In this document: in pieces, positions 50,282-60,439 of the stretch
How positions within the stretch are numbered: position 1 is the first letter of the stretch
Layout of the letters: each line of letters begins with the position of its first letter
Assembly (NCBI GenBank): GCA_902587125.1
Contig: CACIJW010000005.1
Span: 8,809 to 72,808 of the forward strand
Origin: an uncultured Bacteroidota bacterium
Lineage (GTDB): Bacteria > Bacteroidota > Bacteroidia > Flavobacteriales > BACL11
Reading direction: 5' to 3'
Length of the DNA: 64,000 bases
Notes under the pieces: model-generated
Seen by the model: the letters and a program-made list of their open reading frames with translations, nothing else
Database searches by the model: none
What the model was told of the DNA's origin: nothing
Program-made: the position numbers and the translations under genes

Positions 50282-51940
50282 ATGCTTTACTTTGCAAGAT
50301 TTATTATTATCTTTCTTGTCTTAGTTGTTCACAATCAAATACTTGCACAAAATTACACACAGCAAGACAGCGTAAGAGGGACTCTAAATAAATATAGATC
50401 TTGCTATGATGTAAAATTTTATGACCTGTTCATCATGCTTGATGACATAGAAAGATCAATTGAAAGATCTTATAACATAATGCATATTCGAGCAAATACC
50501 AATTTTGATAAAATTCAAATTGATTTATTTGAAAACATGGAAATTATGATTATTGAATTTGAGGATGAAATTTTAAATTTTACAAAAAATAAAAATGCTT
50601 CCTATATAGAATTTCCAAGAACCATAAAAATGGGGGAAATTATTTCATTAAAAATTTGGTTTGGAGGTTATCCAATAACTGCAAAGAACCCGCCATGGGA
50701 TGGGGGATTCACATGGTCAGAGGATAATAATAAAGCATGGGTCGGAGTTTCTTGTCAAGGTATTGGAGCTAGTCTTTGGTGGCCCTGTAAAGATCATCAA
50801 TCAGATGAACCTGACAGTATGAGAATAACAATATCTGTGAGGTCGCCCTTAAATGCAATCTCAAATGGAAGATTAAAACGAGATACAAGTTATTGGAGTA
50901 ATTACATGAATTCTTGGATGAATGAATACGAATGGTTTGTTTCATATCCCATCAATAATTATAATGTCACCTTAAACGTTGCAAATTATTCTGGTTTTGA
51001 AGATATATTAATTAGAAATGAAGACACACTTGATTTAAGTTATTATGTTTTAAAAAAAAATTTATCGATAGCTAAAAATCACTTTAAGCAAGTGAAACCA
51101 ATAATAACTTGTTTAGAAAAATATCTTGGTTCATATCCATTTGAAAGAGATGGCTTCACTCTTGTTGAAACTCCATACCTTGGTATGGAGCATCAAAGTT
51201 GCATTGCATATGGAAATAATTATCAAAATGGTTATAATGGAAATACTAAGTTCATAGACAATTTGGAGTTCGACTATATTATATTGCATGAGGCTGGCCA
51301 TGAGTGGTGGGGAAACAGTATAACAACAAACGATATTGCAGATATGTGGGTTCATGAGGGATTTTGTACATATTCAGAGGCTCTTTTCGTTGAATGTTAT
51401 TATGGTTATGAAAAAATGTTATCGTATCTAAAAAATCAAAGAAAATTTATTGTTAATGACAAGCCTATCATTTCAGATTATGGAGTCAATAAGCAGGGAA
51501 GTAGAGACATGTATTTTAAATCTGCATTGATGTTACATACTTTAAGAAGTCTAGTTGACAATGACATTCTCTTTTTTAAAATGCTTCTTGATATCAATAA
51601 GGATTTTAAATATAGATGCATTGATGGAGATGAATTAATTAACTACATTATTGACTATCTTAAAATAGATTTAAAATTATTTTTTCAGCAATATTTGACT
51701 CAATCATCATTACCTGAGTTTAATTATAAATTAGAAGTAACTGGAAAAGATGTAGTTTTAATATGTAATTGGAATGCTATGAACGGATTCGATATGCCTA
51801 TAAAAGCATCAATTGGCAAAAAAGAGGATATCTGGATTAATACCTCAAATAAAATAAAAGAGATAAAATTAGGTAACATAGATGTTCATGATTTTAGAAT
51901 TAGGGACGATTTATTTCTGATTAGTGTGAAAAAAATGTAA
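50282..51940 (+). CDS. Secreted M1 family zinc aminopeptidase
   Basis: Signal peptide; GIGASLWWPC, YLGMEHQ, HEAGHEWWG..WVHEGF (HEXXH-X18-E), MYFKSA. Confidence 0.9.
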   Translation: MLYFARFIIIFLVLVVHNQILAQNYTQQDSVRGTLNKYRSCYDVKFYDLFIMLDDIERSIERSYNIMHIRANTNFDKIQIDLFENMEIMIIEFEDEILNFTKNKNASYIEFPRTIKMGEIISLKIWFGGYPITAKNPPWDGGFTWSEDNNKAWVGVSCQGIGASLWWPCKDHQSDEPDSMRITISVRSPLNAISNGRLKRDTSYWSNYMNSWMNEYEWFVSYPINNYNVTLNVANYSGFEDILIRNEDTLDLSYYVLKKNLSIAKNHFKQVKPIITCLEKYLGSYPFERDGFTLVETPYLGMEHQSCIAYGNNYQNGYNGNTKFIDNLEFDYIILHEAGHEWWGNSITTNDIADMWVHEGFCTYSEALFVECYYGYEKMLSYLKNQRKFIVNDKPIISDYGVNKQGSRDMYFKSALMLHTLRSLVDNDILFFKMLLDINKDFKYRCIDGDELINYIIDYLKIDLKLFFQQYLTQSSLPEFNYKLEVTGKDVVLICNWNAMNGFDMPIKASIGKKEDIWINTSNKIKEIKLGNIDVHDFRIRDDLFLISVKKM

Positions 51941-51945
51941 ATTTG
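51938..51945 (+). promoter_or_regulatory. -7 promoter element (TAAATTTG) for rpmG, overlapping the peptidase stop
   Basis: Exact TAnnTTTG 18 nt before the rpmG ATG. Confidence 0.55.
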
Positions 51946-51963
51946 CATTCTTAAAATTTAGAA

Positions 51964-52146
51964 ATGGCAAAAAAAGGAAATAGAATTCAGGTTATCTTAG
52001 AGTGTACCGAACATAAATCTAGTGGTTTGCCTGGAACATCAAGATATATTACCACAAAAAACAAAAAAAACACACCTGACAGAATGGAAATAAAGAAATT
52101 CAATCCTATTTTAAAGAAAATGACTGTTCATAAAGAAATTAAATAA
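51964..52146 (+). CDS. rpmG: 50S ribosomal protein L33
   Basis: [44 protein letters not shown]. Confidence 0.98.
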   Translation: MAKKGNRIQVILECTEHKSSGLPGTSRYITTKNKKNTPDRMEIKKFNPILKKMTVHKEIK

Positions 52147-52302
52147 ATGGCAAAAAAAACCGTAGCATCATTAAAAAATAAAGACGCAAAATCATTTACC
52201 AAAGTTGTTAGATTCAAAAAAAATGAGACATCTGGAGGCTATTCGACTTCTGTTGATATAATGCCAAAAGAAAGCGTTAAAGACTTTCTATCGAAAAAGT
52301 AA
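52147..52302 (+). CDS. DUF4295-like small protein, absent from the ORF track
   Basis: Manual translation MAKKTVASLKNKDAKSFTKVVRFKKNETSGGYSTSVDIMPKESVKDFLSKK (51 aa); abuts the rpmG stop; usual Bacteroidota position between rpmG and ftsY. Confidence 0.8.
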   Translation: MAKKTVASLKNKDAKSFTKVVRFKKNETSGGYSTSVDIMPKESVKDFLSKK

Positions 52303-52312
52303 AAAGTATCAA

Positions 52313-52335
52313 ATAGCTTTCTTTAGCTATATTTA
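52313..52335 (+). terminator. Weak hairpin, possible terminator or RNA stability stem after rpmG-DUF4295
   Basis: ATAGCT-ttcttt-AGCTAT followed by ATTTT; only 6 bp and AT-rich. Confidence 0.25.
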
Positions 52336-52339
52336 TAAA

Positions 52340-53341
52340 ATGAATTTTTTTAAAAAGTTAAAAGAAAGTCTAACTGGAAAGAAAACACAAGACTCAGTTA
52401 CTGAAAATCAAAATGCAGAGAAAAAATCTGCTGAAGTTTTAAAAAAGGGTCTTAAGAAAACTAAAAATTCTTTTTTTGGTAATTTTTCAAAATCACTTGT
52501 AGGAAAATCAAAAATCTCTGATCAAGAATTGGATTCAATTGAAGAAACACTATTGAAGTCTGATATTGGAATAGAAACTTCATTAAAAATAATTGATGCG
52601 TTAGAGAAAAGGGTAAGTGACGACAAATTTATTCATACCAATGAAATTTATGGTTTTTTAAAAGATGAGATTAAAAATCTTTTGTTGCAAAATAAAAAAG
52701 ATTATAGCTTCTCAGATGAGAAACCCTATGTTATAATGGTTGTTGGGATAAACGGAGTTGGTAAAACAACTACAATTGGAAAACTAGCTCATCAATTCAA
52801 TCAGAACAATTTATCAGTAACCATTGGTGCTGCTGATACTTTTAGGGCAGCAGCTATCGATCAATTAGAAGTATGGTCAAATAGGACAAATGCTAAGTTA
52901 ATCAAACAAAAAATGGGATCTGACCCTGCATCTGTTTGTTTTGACACACTTAAATCAGCAAAGTCCAATGATTCCGACGTAGTTATAATTGATACAGCTG
53001 GAAGACTTCACAATAATGTCAATTTAATGAATGAATTGACAAAAATTAAGAAAGTAATGTCTAAGGTTTCGATAAATGCTCCTCATGAAGTTATTTTAGT
53101 GCTAGATGCTACAACTGGTCAAAACGCTATAGAACAAGCAAAACAGTTTTCTAAAGCTACTGAGGTTGATTGTATTGCTCTAACTAAGTTAGATGGTACA
53201 GCTAAAGGCGGAATAGCAATAGGAATTTCTGACCAATTAAATATACCTATAAAGTATATAGGCTTAGGTGAAACAGTAAATGATTTGCAGCTTTTTGATA
53301 AAGATAAATTTGTTGATACTTTGTTTAGTAATGAAAACTAA
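52340..53341 (+). CDS. ftsY: Signal recognition particle receptor FtsY
   Basis: VVGINGVGKTTTIGKLA, AADTFRAAA, DTAGRLH, DATTGQN, TKLDGTAKGG. Confidence 0.97.
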   Translation: MNFFKKLKESLTGKKTQDSVTENQNAEKKSAEVLKKGLKKTKNSFFGNFSKSLVGKSKISDQELDSIEETLLKSDIGIETSLKIIDALEKRVSDDKFIHTNEIYGFLKDEIKNLLLQNKKDYSFSDEKPYVIMVVGINGVGKTTTIGKLAHQFNQNNLSVTIGAADTFRAAAIDQLEVWSNRTNAKLIKQKMGSDPASVCFDTLKSAKSNDSDVVIIDTAGRLHNNVNLMNELTKIKKVMSKVSINAPHEVILVLDATTGQNAIEQAKQFSKATEVDCIALTKLDGTAKGGIAIGISDQLNIPIKYIGLGETVNDLQLFDKDKFVDTLFSNEN

Positions 53342-54635
53342 AGAACAGAAAAATAATATTAACGTAATAACACTAGGATGCTCAAAAAACACCTATGATT
53401 CTGAGATATTAATGGGGCAGCTTAAAAACAATGGAGCAGTGGTCAAGCATGAGAGTGATGATGAATCCTCAGATATTGTCATTATCAACACATGTGGATT
53501 TATTGAAAATGCAAAGCAAGAATCTATTGATACAATTTTACAACAGGTTGAGAACAAAAAAAATGGCCTTATAAAAAAAGTCTATGTAACAGGATGTCTT
53601 TCTGAAAGATATAAAGAAGATTTGCAAAATGAAATTAGTGAAGTTGATAAATTTTTTGGAACTAATAATCTAAAAGAACTCTTAGAAGAGCTAAAATTTG
53701 ATTACAAAAAACAGTTGCTAAATCAAAGAAAATTAACCACGCCTAGACATTATGCTCATTTAAAGATCTCGGAGGGGTGTAATAGGAAATGTTCGTTCTG
53801 TGCAATACCACAAATGAGAGGAAAACATGTTTCAAAAAAGATTGAGGATATAGTAGATGAGGCTAGTGAGCTTGCAAAAAAAGGAATTAAAGAAATTTTA
53901 TTGATTGCTCAGGATCTTAGTTATTATGGAGTAGATATTTACAAAAAAAGAAAGTTATATGATTTACTTGTTGAACTTTCAAAAGTTGATGGAATTGAAT
54001 GGATAAGATTACACTATGTTTATCCAACGGGCTTTCCTTCAAATGTTATTGAACTCATAAATAAAAATGAAAAAATTTGTAGTTACATTGATATGCCTCT
54101 TCAGCATATTAATGATAAAATACTTAAATCAATGAGAAGATCAACTACAAAAAAACGTACTAATGAATTGATAAAAAAGATCCGAAAAAGTAAATCTAAT
54201 ATTTCAATAAGAACAACTGTAATTGTAGGTTACCCTGGAGAAACAAATGAAATATTTAATGAGCTAAAATCTTGGATTATGGAAAGTAAATTTGAAAGAT
54301 TAGGAGTATTTAAGTACTCACATGAGGAAGATACACACGCTTATAATCTAATTGATGATGTTGATCAAGAAGAAAAGCAAAGAAGATATGATGAAATAAT
54401 GTCAATCCAGAGAGACATTTCATTATCAATCAATAAAAATAAAATTGGATCTGAAATTATGGTTTTAATTGATAGATTTGAAAACGGCTTTTATTATGCA
54501 AGAACAGAATTTGATTCTCCTGAAGTTGACAACGAAGTAATTATTAGAAATGCTGAATTTTTGAGAGTAGGAAGTTTTACAAAAGTCAAAATTGTTGACG
54601 CTAACTACTATGACTTATTCGCTGAAATTATTTAA
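53331..54635 (+). CDS. rimO: Ribosomal protein S12 methylthiotransferase
   Basis: ITLGCSKN..DSE, INTCGFIE.AK.ES, EGCNRKCSFC.IP, TRAM tail DSPEVDN; ATG 53331 preferred. Confidence 0.93.
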   Translation: MKTKEQKNNINVITLGCSKNTYDSEILMGQLKNNGAVVKHESDDESSDIVIINTCGFIENAKQESIDTILQQVENKKNGLIKKVYVTGCLSERYKEDLQNEISEVDKFFGTNNLKELLEELKFDYKKQLLNQRKLTTPRHYAHLKISEGCNRKCSFCAIPQMRGKHVSKKIEDIVDEASELAKKGIKEILLIAQDLSYYGVDIYKKRKLYDLLVELSKVDGIEWIRLHYVYPTGFPSNVIELINKNEKICSYIDMPLQHINDKILKSMRRSTTKKRTNELIKKIRKSKSNISIRTTVIVGYPGETNEIFNELKSWIMESKFERLGVFKYSHEEDTHAYNLIDDVDQEEKQRRYDEIMSIQRDISLSINKNKIGSEIMVLIDRFENGFYYARTEFDSPEVDNEVIIRNAEFLRVGSFTKVKIVDANYYDLFAEII

Positions 54636-54637
54636 AT

Positions 54638-55975
54638 ATGTTCCAAAATTTATCAGAAAAATTAGAAAGAGCTTTTAAAACATTAAAAGGTAGGGCAACT
54701 ATTTCTGACATTAATGTTGCTCAAACTATGAAAGAAATTAGAAAAGCACTAATTTCTGCGGATGTTGATTATAAAACAGCAAAATCTTTCACTGATAAAG
54801 TAAGAGAAAAAGCAATTGGGCAAAAGGTATTAACAAGCATTGAGCCTGGACAGTTATTAACCAAGATAATGAAAGATGAATTGGCTGAGCTAATGGGTAG
54901 CCAAAGCTCTGATATTCAAATTGAGAGAGGTTTGACAAAAATTTTAGTAGCTGGTTTGCAAGGATCAGGAAAAACCACTTTTTCTGCAAAGCTTGCACTT
55001 TTTCTTAAGAATAATAAAAAATTAAAACCATTGCTAGTTGCTTGTGATGTATATAGACCTGCTGCAATAGATCAGTTAGAGCTACTTTCAAAACAAGTTA
55101 ATGCAGATTTTTACTGTGAGAGAGATAATAAAGACCCTGTTAGTATTTCTAAAAATGCAATTAAGTTTTCAAAAACAAACAATAATAATTTGATAATTAT
55201 TGATACTGCTGGTAGAATTTCAATTGATCAAGAAATGATGAACGAAATTGGTGAAATCAAAAAAGCTGTTAGTCCCAGTGAAACATTATTTGTTGTGGAT
55301 GCAATGACTGGACAAGATGCAGTTAACACCGCAAAGAATTTTAATGAGGTCTTAGATTTCGATGGTGTCGTTTTGACAAAATTAGATGGAGATACAAGAG
55401 GTGGTGCAGCATTAACAATAAGATCTGTTGTAAACAAACCAATTAAATTTATAGGTACAAGTGAGAAAATGGAAGGTCTTGATGTCTTTTACCCCGACAG
55501 AATGGCTAGTAGAATTTTAGGAATGGGTGATGTGATTTCTCTTGTTGAGAGAGCTCAGCAACAATTTGATGAAGATGAAGCTAGAAAAATTCAGAAAAAA
55601 ATTGCAAAAAATAAATTTGGATTCGATGACTTTTATAAACAAATTCAACAAATTAAAAAGATGGGAAGTATGAAAGATTTGGTTGGTATGATACCAGGTG
55701 TTGGAAAAAATATTAAGGACATGGATATCGATGATGATGCTTTCAAATCTATTGAAGCAATTATTAATTCAATGACTCCCAAAGAGAGAAGTAATCCTGA
55801 AATATTAAATGGAAGTAGAAGAAAAAGAATTGCTGTCGGTTCAGGAAATAGTGTTAATGAAGTAAATAAATTGATAAAACAATTTTCACAAATGAGTAAA
55901 ATGATGAAAATGATGCAAGGTGGAGGCAAAAATAGAGTTATGGATATGTTTAATAATCAAATGCAAAGAAGATAA
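54638..55975 (+). CDS. ffh: Signal recognition particle protein Ffh
   Basis: AGLQGSGKTT, CDVYRPAA, DTAGR, DAMTGQ, TKLDGDTRGG, RILGMGD, M-domain SRRKRIA.GSG. Confidence 0.98.
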   Translation: MFQNLSEKLERAFKTLKGRATISDINVAQTMKEIRKALISADVDYKTAKSFTDKVREKAIGQKVLTSIEPGQLLTKIMKDELAELMGSQSSDIQIERGLTKILVAGLQGSGKTTFSAKLALFLKNNKKLKPLLVACDVYRPAAIDQLELLSKQVNADFYCERDNKDPVSISKNAIKFSKTNNNNLIIIDTAGRISIDQEMMNEIGEIKKAVSPSETLFVVDAMTGQDAVNTAKNFNEVLDFDGVVLTKLDGDTRGGAALTIRSVVNKPIKFIGTSEKMEGLDVFYPDRMASRILGMGDVISLVERAQQQFDEDEARKIQKKIAKNKFGFDDFYKQIQQIKKMGSMKDLVGMIPGVGKNIKDMDIDDDAFKSIEAIINSMTPKERSNPEILNGSRRKRIAVGSGNSVNEVNKLIKQFSQMSKMMKMMQGGGKNRVMDMFNNQMQRR

Positions 55976-55976
55976 A

Positions 55977-56846
55977 TTGAAAATTTTAGATGGAAAATAT
56001 ATTTCTTCTGTAATAAGAAGTGAGATAAAGACAGAAGTGGAAAGAAACTCACCAGCTAGACCTCATTTATGTGCGATTTTAATTGGAGATAATGGAGCCA
56101 GTAGAACATATGTAAACGCAAAGGTAAAAGCATGTGAAGAAGTCGGATTTAAGTCAACTTTACTTCACTATGATGATATTTCAGAACTTGATTTGCTAAA
56201 GAAGATTGAAGAAATTAATAATGATAAAAATATTGATGGACTAATTGTTCAGCTTCCTTTGCCAAAGCATATTGATGAAAATAAGATAACTCTAGCTGTA
56301 AAACCCGCCAAGGATGTTGATGGATTTCATCCTGTAAATATGGGAAAGATGATGTTAGGGCTTGATTCGATGATTCCAGCTACTCCTGCTGGAATAATAG
56401 AGTTGATTAAAAGATATAAAATTGAAACTTTAGGCAAAAAATGTGTCGTTGTTGGCAGAAGTAATATTGTTGGGCTTCCAATAAGTGTTTTACTAGGAAA
56501 AAATAAATATCCTGGAAATTGTACCGTTACTTTAACGCATTCAAAATCAAAAAATTTAAAAGAAATTTGTGCTTCAGCTGATATTTTGATAGTTGCTCTA
56601 GGTGTTGCAAATTTTATAAAATCAGATATGGTAAAAAAGAATTGTGTGATTATAGATGTTGGAATTAGTAGAGTGAAATCTGACAAAACAAAATCTGGAT
56701 GGAAATTGTTAGGAGATGTTGATTTTGAAAACGTAAAAGACAAATGTGATTATATAACACCTGTACCCGGCGGTGTTGGACCAATGACCATAGCGATGTT
56801 GTTAGCTAATACCCTCAAAGCTGCGAAAAAAGAAAATAAATTTTAA
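55977..56846 (+). CDS. folD: Bifunctional methylene-THF dehydrogenase/cyclohydrolase
   Basis: LDGK, YVNAK, VQLPLP, KDVDGFHP, VGRSNIVG, IDVG, TPVPGGVGPMT; TTG 55977 directly after the ffh stop. Confidence 0.96.
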   Translation: MKILDGKYISSVIRSEIKTEVERNSPARPHLCAILIGDNGASRTYVNAKVKACEEVGFKSTLLHYDDISELDLLKKIEEINNDKNIDGLIVQLPLPKHIDENKITLAVKPAKDVDGFHPVNMGKMMLGLDSMIPATPAGIIELIKRYKIETLGKKCVVVGRSNIVGLPISVLLGKNKYPGNCTVTLTHSKSKNLKEICASADILIVALGVANFIKSDMVKKNCVIIDVGISRVKSDKTKSGWKLLGDVDFENVKDKCDYITPVPGGVGPMTIAMLLANTLKAAKKENKF

Positions 56847-58810
56847 CTTTTCAATTCCTTTTGCAGAGATTTAATTTCTTCTCTAACTCTTATTGCCCCA
56901 TCAAAATCTAATTCTTTTGCAAGTTTGTTCATTTCTAGTTTTTTTATTTTGATCTCCTTTTTAATCTCACTTTGTGATAAATTCAGAGGGTTTTTTTCGT
57001 AACTTTTTTTGTCAATTTTTTTTACAATGGTATTTTTTTTCTTTCTAGTAATTTGAGTTGGTGTAATTTGATTTTTTTCATTGAATTCTTCTTGAAGCTT
57101 TCTTCTTCTGTTAGTTTCATCAATTGTTTTTTTCATTGAATCAGTAATTTTATCAGCGTACATGATTACTCTACCATTTAAATTTCTTGCTGCTCTTCCA
57201 GAGGTTTGTGTCAAGGACCTGTGAGATCTTAAAAAACCCTCTTTATCAGCGTCTATTATAGCTACTAAGCTAACCTCAGGCAGATCAAGACCTTCTCTTA
57301 ATAAATTAACTCCAACAATAACATCTATTTTTTCTTCAACTAAGGAATTTAAAATTTCAACTCTCTCAATGGTGTCAATATCCGAATGCAAGTATGAACA
57401 ATTTATGTTAAATCTACCTAGGTATTTTGATAGTTCCTCGGCCATTTTTTTTGTTAGTGTTGTAACTAAACTTTTTTCATTTTTTTCAACCCTCAGCCTG
57501 ATTTCTTCAATTAAATCATCAATTTGATCTTTTATTGGTCTAATTTCTATGATTGGATCTAATAAGCCAGTGGGTCTAATGATTTGCTCTGTTACAATTC
57601 CATTTGATTTGTTTAGTTCATAGTCTGACGGAGTAGCGCTAACAAAAATTGTTTGGTTACTTATTTGATCAAATTCTTCAAACTTTAAAGGTCTATTATC
57701 CAAGGCTGATGGTAATCTAAATCCATGCTCTACCAGATTTTCTTTTCTTGATCTATCACCTCCGTACATCCCTCGTATTTGAGGAATTGTCACATGACTT
57801 TCATCTATAATTGTAAGATAATTTTCTGGAAAATAGTCAAGTAAACAAAATGGTCTGGCACCAGGTTTTCTGCCGTCAAAATAACGTGAATAATTCTCAA
57901 TGCCACTACAATAACCTAACTCTTTTATCATTTCAATATCCAGATTAGTACGCTCTTCAAGTCTTTTAGCTTCAATATCTCTAAAATCTTGTTTTAAGTA
58001 TTCAGTCCTTCTAAGCAAATCTTTTTGCATATCAAAAATCGCATCATTAACCTTATTTGAAGATGTCATAAACAAGTTAGTGGGGCATATTCTAATATTA
58101 TCATGTTTTTCTAAGAATTTAAACTCTTTACTAGTGTAACTTTCAATGCCAGCAATCTTATTTTCATCCAATTTAATTCTGAATATAATATCTGAGTAAG
58201 ATGGATATACGTCAACATTATTTCCAATTGCTCTAAAAGTTCCTCTTTCTAGACTTTCAGTTGTTCTTGAATAAAATGCATTTACTAAGCTCTTAATTAA
58301 AATTTGCCTATCTATTTTTAAATTTTGATTTAAAAAAATTATTCCATTATAATAATCATCAGGATTACCCATACCGTAAATACAAGAAACAGAAGAAACA
58401 ACAATTATGTCTTTTCTACCAGAAAGTAGTGATGATGTTGCTTTTAATCTGTATTTTTCTATCTCCTCATTAATTGATAAATCTTTCTCAATGTAAATAC
58501 CAGTAGATGGAATATATGCTTCTGGTTGATAATAATCGTAATACGACACAAAATATTCCACACAATTTTTGGGAAAAAAAGATTTGAACTCGCTAAATAA
58601 TTGAGCAGCAAGAGTTTTATTATGGCTAAGAACAAGTGTAGGTCTTCCAATTTCTTTAATTACATTGGCAACTGTGAATGTTTTTCCTGATCCAGTAACA
58701 CCAAGTAAAGTTTGGTAAGGAAAATTATTGTTTAATCCAGAGACTAGTTCATTAATTGCTTTTGGCTGATCACCAGTTGGTTTAAAATTTGATTCTAATT
58801 TAAAATTCAT
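56843..58810 (-). CDS. uvrB: Excinuclease ABC subunit B
   Basis: PTGDQP, LGVTGSGKTFT, FVSYYDYYQPEAY, IDESH, FRLPSA.DNRPL, NLLREGLD, GRAARN; ATG 58810 preferred. Confidence 0.97.
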   Translation of the reverse strand: MNFKLESNFKPTGDQPKAINELVSGLNNNFPYQTLLGVTGSGKTFTVANVIKEIGRPTLVLSHNKTLAAQLFSEFKSFFPKNCVEYFVSYYDYYQPEAYIPSTGIYIEKDLSINEEIEKYRLKATSSLLSGRKDIIVVSSVSCIYGMGNPDDYYNGIIFLNQNLKIDRQILIKSLVNAFYSRTTESLERGTFRAIGNNVDVYPSYSDIIFRIKLDENKIAGIESYTSKEFKFLEKHDNIRICPTNLFMTSSNKVNDAIFDMQKDLLRRTEYLKQDFRDIEAKRLEERTNLDIEMIKELGYCSGIENYSRYFDGRKPGARPFCLLDYFPENYLTIIDESHVTIPQIRGMYGGDRSRKENLVEHGFRLPSALDNRPLKFEEFDQISNQTIFVSATPSDYELNKSNGIVTEQIIRPTGLLDPIIEIRPIKDQIDDLIEEIRLRVEKNEKSLVTTLTKKMAEELSKYLGRFNINCSYLHSDIDTIERVEILNSLVEEKIDVIVGVNLLREGLDLPEVSLVAIIDADKEGFLRSHRSLTQTSGRAARNLNGRVIMYADKITDSMKKTIDETNRRRKLQEEFNEKNQITPTQITRKKKNTIVKKIDKKSYEKNPLNLSQSEIKKEIKIKKLEMNKLAKELDFDGAIRVREEIKSLQKELKS

Positions 58811-58814
58811 AATA

Positions 58815-59531
58815 CTATATTTTCCAAATCTTCCAACTTTCAATTGCTTGATTGATAAGCATTTCATGACCATTTAGTGTATTTGCACAATTTTTTTGGC
58901 ATTTTTTCAAAAATATTGTCTGAAATGGATTATAGATTAAATCAATAGCAGTATGTGTTTCATTAACTTGATTATAATTAATATCAGGAAATCTATCAAT
59001 ATTATGAACCATTCCAAGTGTAGTTGTGTTAATGATAATATCAAAGTCAATCAAGTTATTTTTTTTAAGAAATTCATAATCAAATTTACTTCTTCTACTA
59101 ATAACTAAGTAGTCAAGATTTAATTTTTTTAAAACATACTGTATACTTTTTGATGCCCCTCCGTTTCCAAGCACTAAACATTTTTTATTAGCTGATAATT
59201 GTTTTTTATATGCTTTCATGAATCCTAAATAATCAGTATTGAAGCCAATCAAATCACTTCCTTCAACTTTAATTGTATTTATTGCACCAATTTTTGAAGA
59301 AATATCATCAATTTTATTAAGATATTTTTTTATTGATAATTTGTATGGAGATGTTACATTTAAGCCTATAATATTTTTTTTCTTGATATAATTATGTAAT
59401 TGATCAATTCTGTTGATTTCAAGATTTACATATTCAATATTTTTAATGTTTTCTTTTTTTATTTTTTCATTAAAAAATTTTATTGAGAAAGAACTTGATA
59501 AATTTTTACCAACAAGCGCGATTCTTCTCAT
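58815..59531 (-). CDS. aroE: Shikimate dehydrogenase
   Basis: SFS..FF, GLNVTSPYK, GAINT, GFNTD, LGNGGAS, INTTTLG, DLIYNP, MLINQA. Confidence 0.9.
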   Translation of the reverse strand: MRRIALVGKNLSSSFSIKFFNEKIKKENIKNIEYVNLEINRIDQLHNYIKKKNIIGLNVTSPYKLSIKKYLNKIDDISSKIGAINTIKVEGSDLIGFNTDYLGFMKAYKKQLSANKKCLVLGNGGASKSIQYVLKKLNLDYLVISRRSKFDYEFLKKNNLIDFDIIINTTTLGMVHNIDRFPDINYNQVNETHTAIDLIYNPFQTIFLKKCQKNCANTLNGHEMLINQAIESWKIWKI

Positions 59532-59533
59532 TT

Positions 59534-60439
59534 TTAACTTGAAGATCGATTTTCAATTAATGAAACTAATAAAAATCCGATGACCATGAGAACTAATGTT
59601 GAAATAAAGTAAATACTCGTATCAAATGGAAATTTATAGTTGTATGCCAAAGTAATATCAAATAAAGATAAATCTATATTTCTATTAACAGCCAATTTAT
59701 CTTTGAAGGGCCATATTATATGTATTGAGCCAATCATAAATCCAGTTAAAATTGCAATGGTCTGATTTTTATATTTCTTCAATAAAAAAGCAATTGCGTG
59801 AGAAAAAATTAGAAGTCCAAGAACAGATCCAATTAAAAAAAGAGATAATATTTTTACATTTAAGTTTACTATAGACTCTACAAGTATAAGCTCATAATTA
59901 CCCATTAAAATTAAAATAAATGAGCCGGAAAGACCAGGAAGTAACATACCAGAGGTTCCAATTGCACCACATAATAAAATGTATAAGGAATTAGTGTTTT
60001 CTGAGCCAGATGCTCCAACCGTAAGGTAGTATGCTATAATAATGCCAGCGAAAAGTGAAAAAAATGTAGATAATCCCCATTTTTTTATTCTCTTACCGAC
60101 ATAATATATTGATGCAACAATCAATCCAAAAAATAAGGCCCAAATATGACTAGGGTATCTTTCAAATAAAAACTCAAAAAGTTTTGCAACGGAAAAAACA
60201 CTTGCGATTGATCCGGAAAAAACAAGAGATATAAATTTAAGATTTACGTGTTTTGAAAAATCTTTAAATTTTAGATTTAAAATTAATTTTAATGCTCTAT
60301 AGTTAAATGATTTTAATGAAAAAATTAAGTCTTCATATATATTTGTTATTAATGCAATAGTGCCACCTGAAACACCAGGTATAATATTTGCAATCCCCAT
60401 AAAAAATCCTTTAAGAAATAATAAAAAATCTTTATTCAT
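59534..60439 (-). CDS. DUF368 family membrane protein
   Basis: MGIANIIPGVSGGTIAL, MLLPGLSGSFIL, multiple TM helices. Confidence 0.85.
   Translation of the reverse strand: MNKDFLLFLKGFFMGIANIIPGVSGGTIALITNIYEDLIFSLKSFNYRALKLILNLKFKDFSKHVNLKFISLVFSGSIASVFSVAKLFEFLFERYPSHIWALFFGLIVASIYYVGKRIKKWGLSTFFSLFAGIIIAYYLTVGASGSENTNSLYILLCGAIGTSGMLLPGLSGSFILILMGNYELILVESIVNLNVKILSLFLIGSVLGLLIFSHAIAFLLKKYKNQTIAILTGFMIGSIHIIWPFKDKLAVNRNIDLSLFDITLAYNYKFPFDTSIYFISTLVLMVIGFLLVSLIENRSSS

Noticed and set aside
37214-58873. Longest-ORF starts for rocD (37214), nucleotidase (45683), rpmB (49329), rimO (53280), folD (55920) and uvrB (58873)
   Set aside because: They extend into neighbouring genes or promoters; downstream starts match family N-termini, -7 boxes or stop/start coupling.
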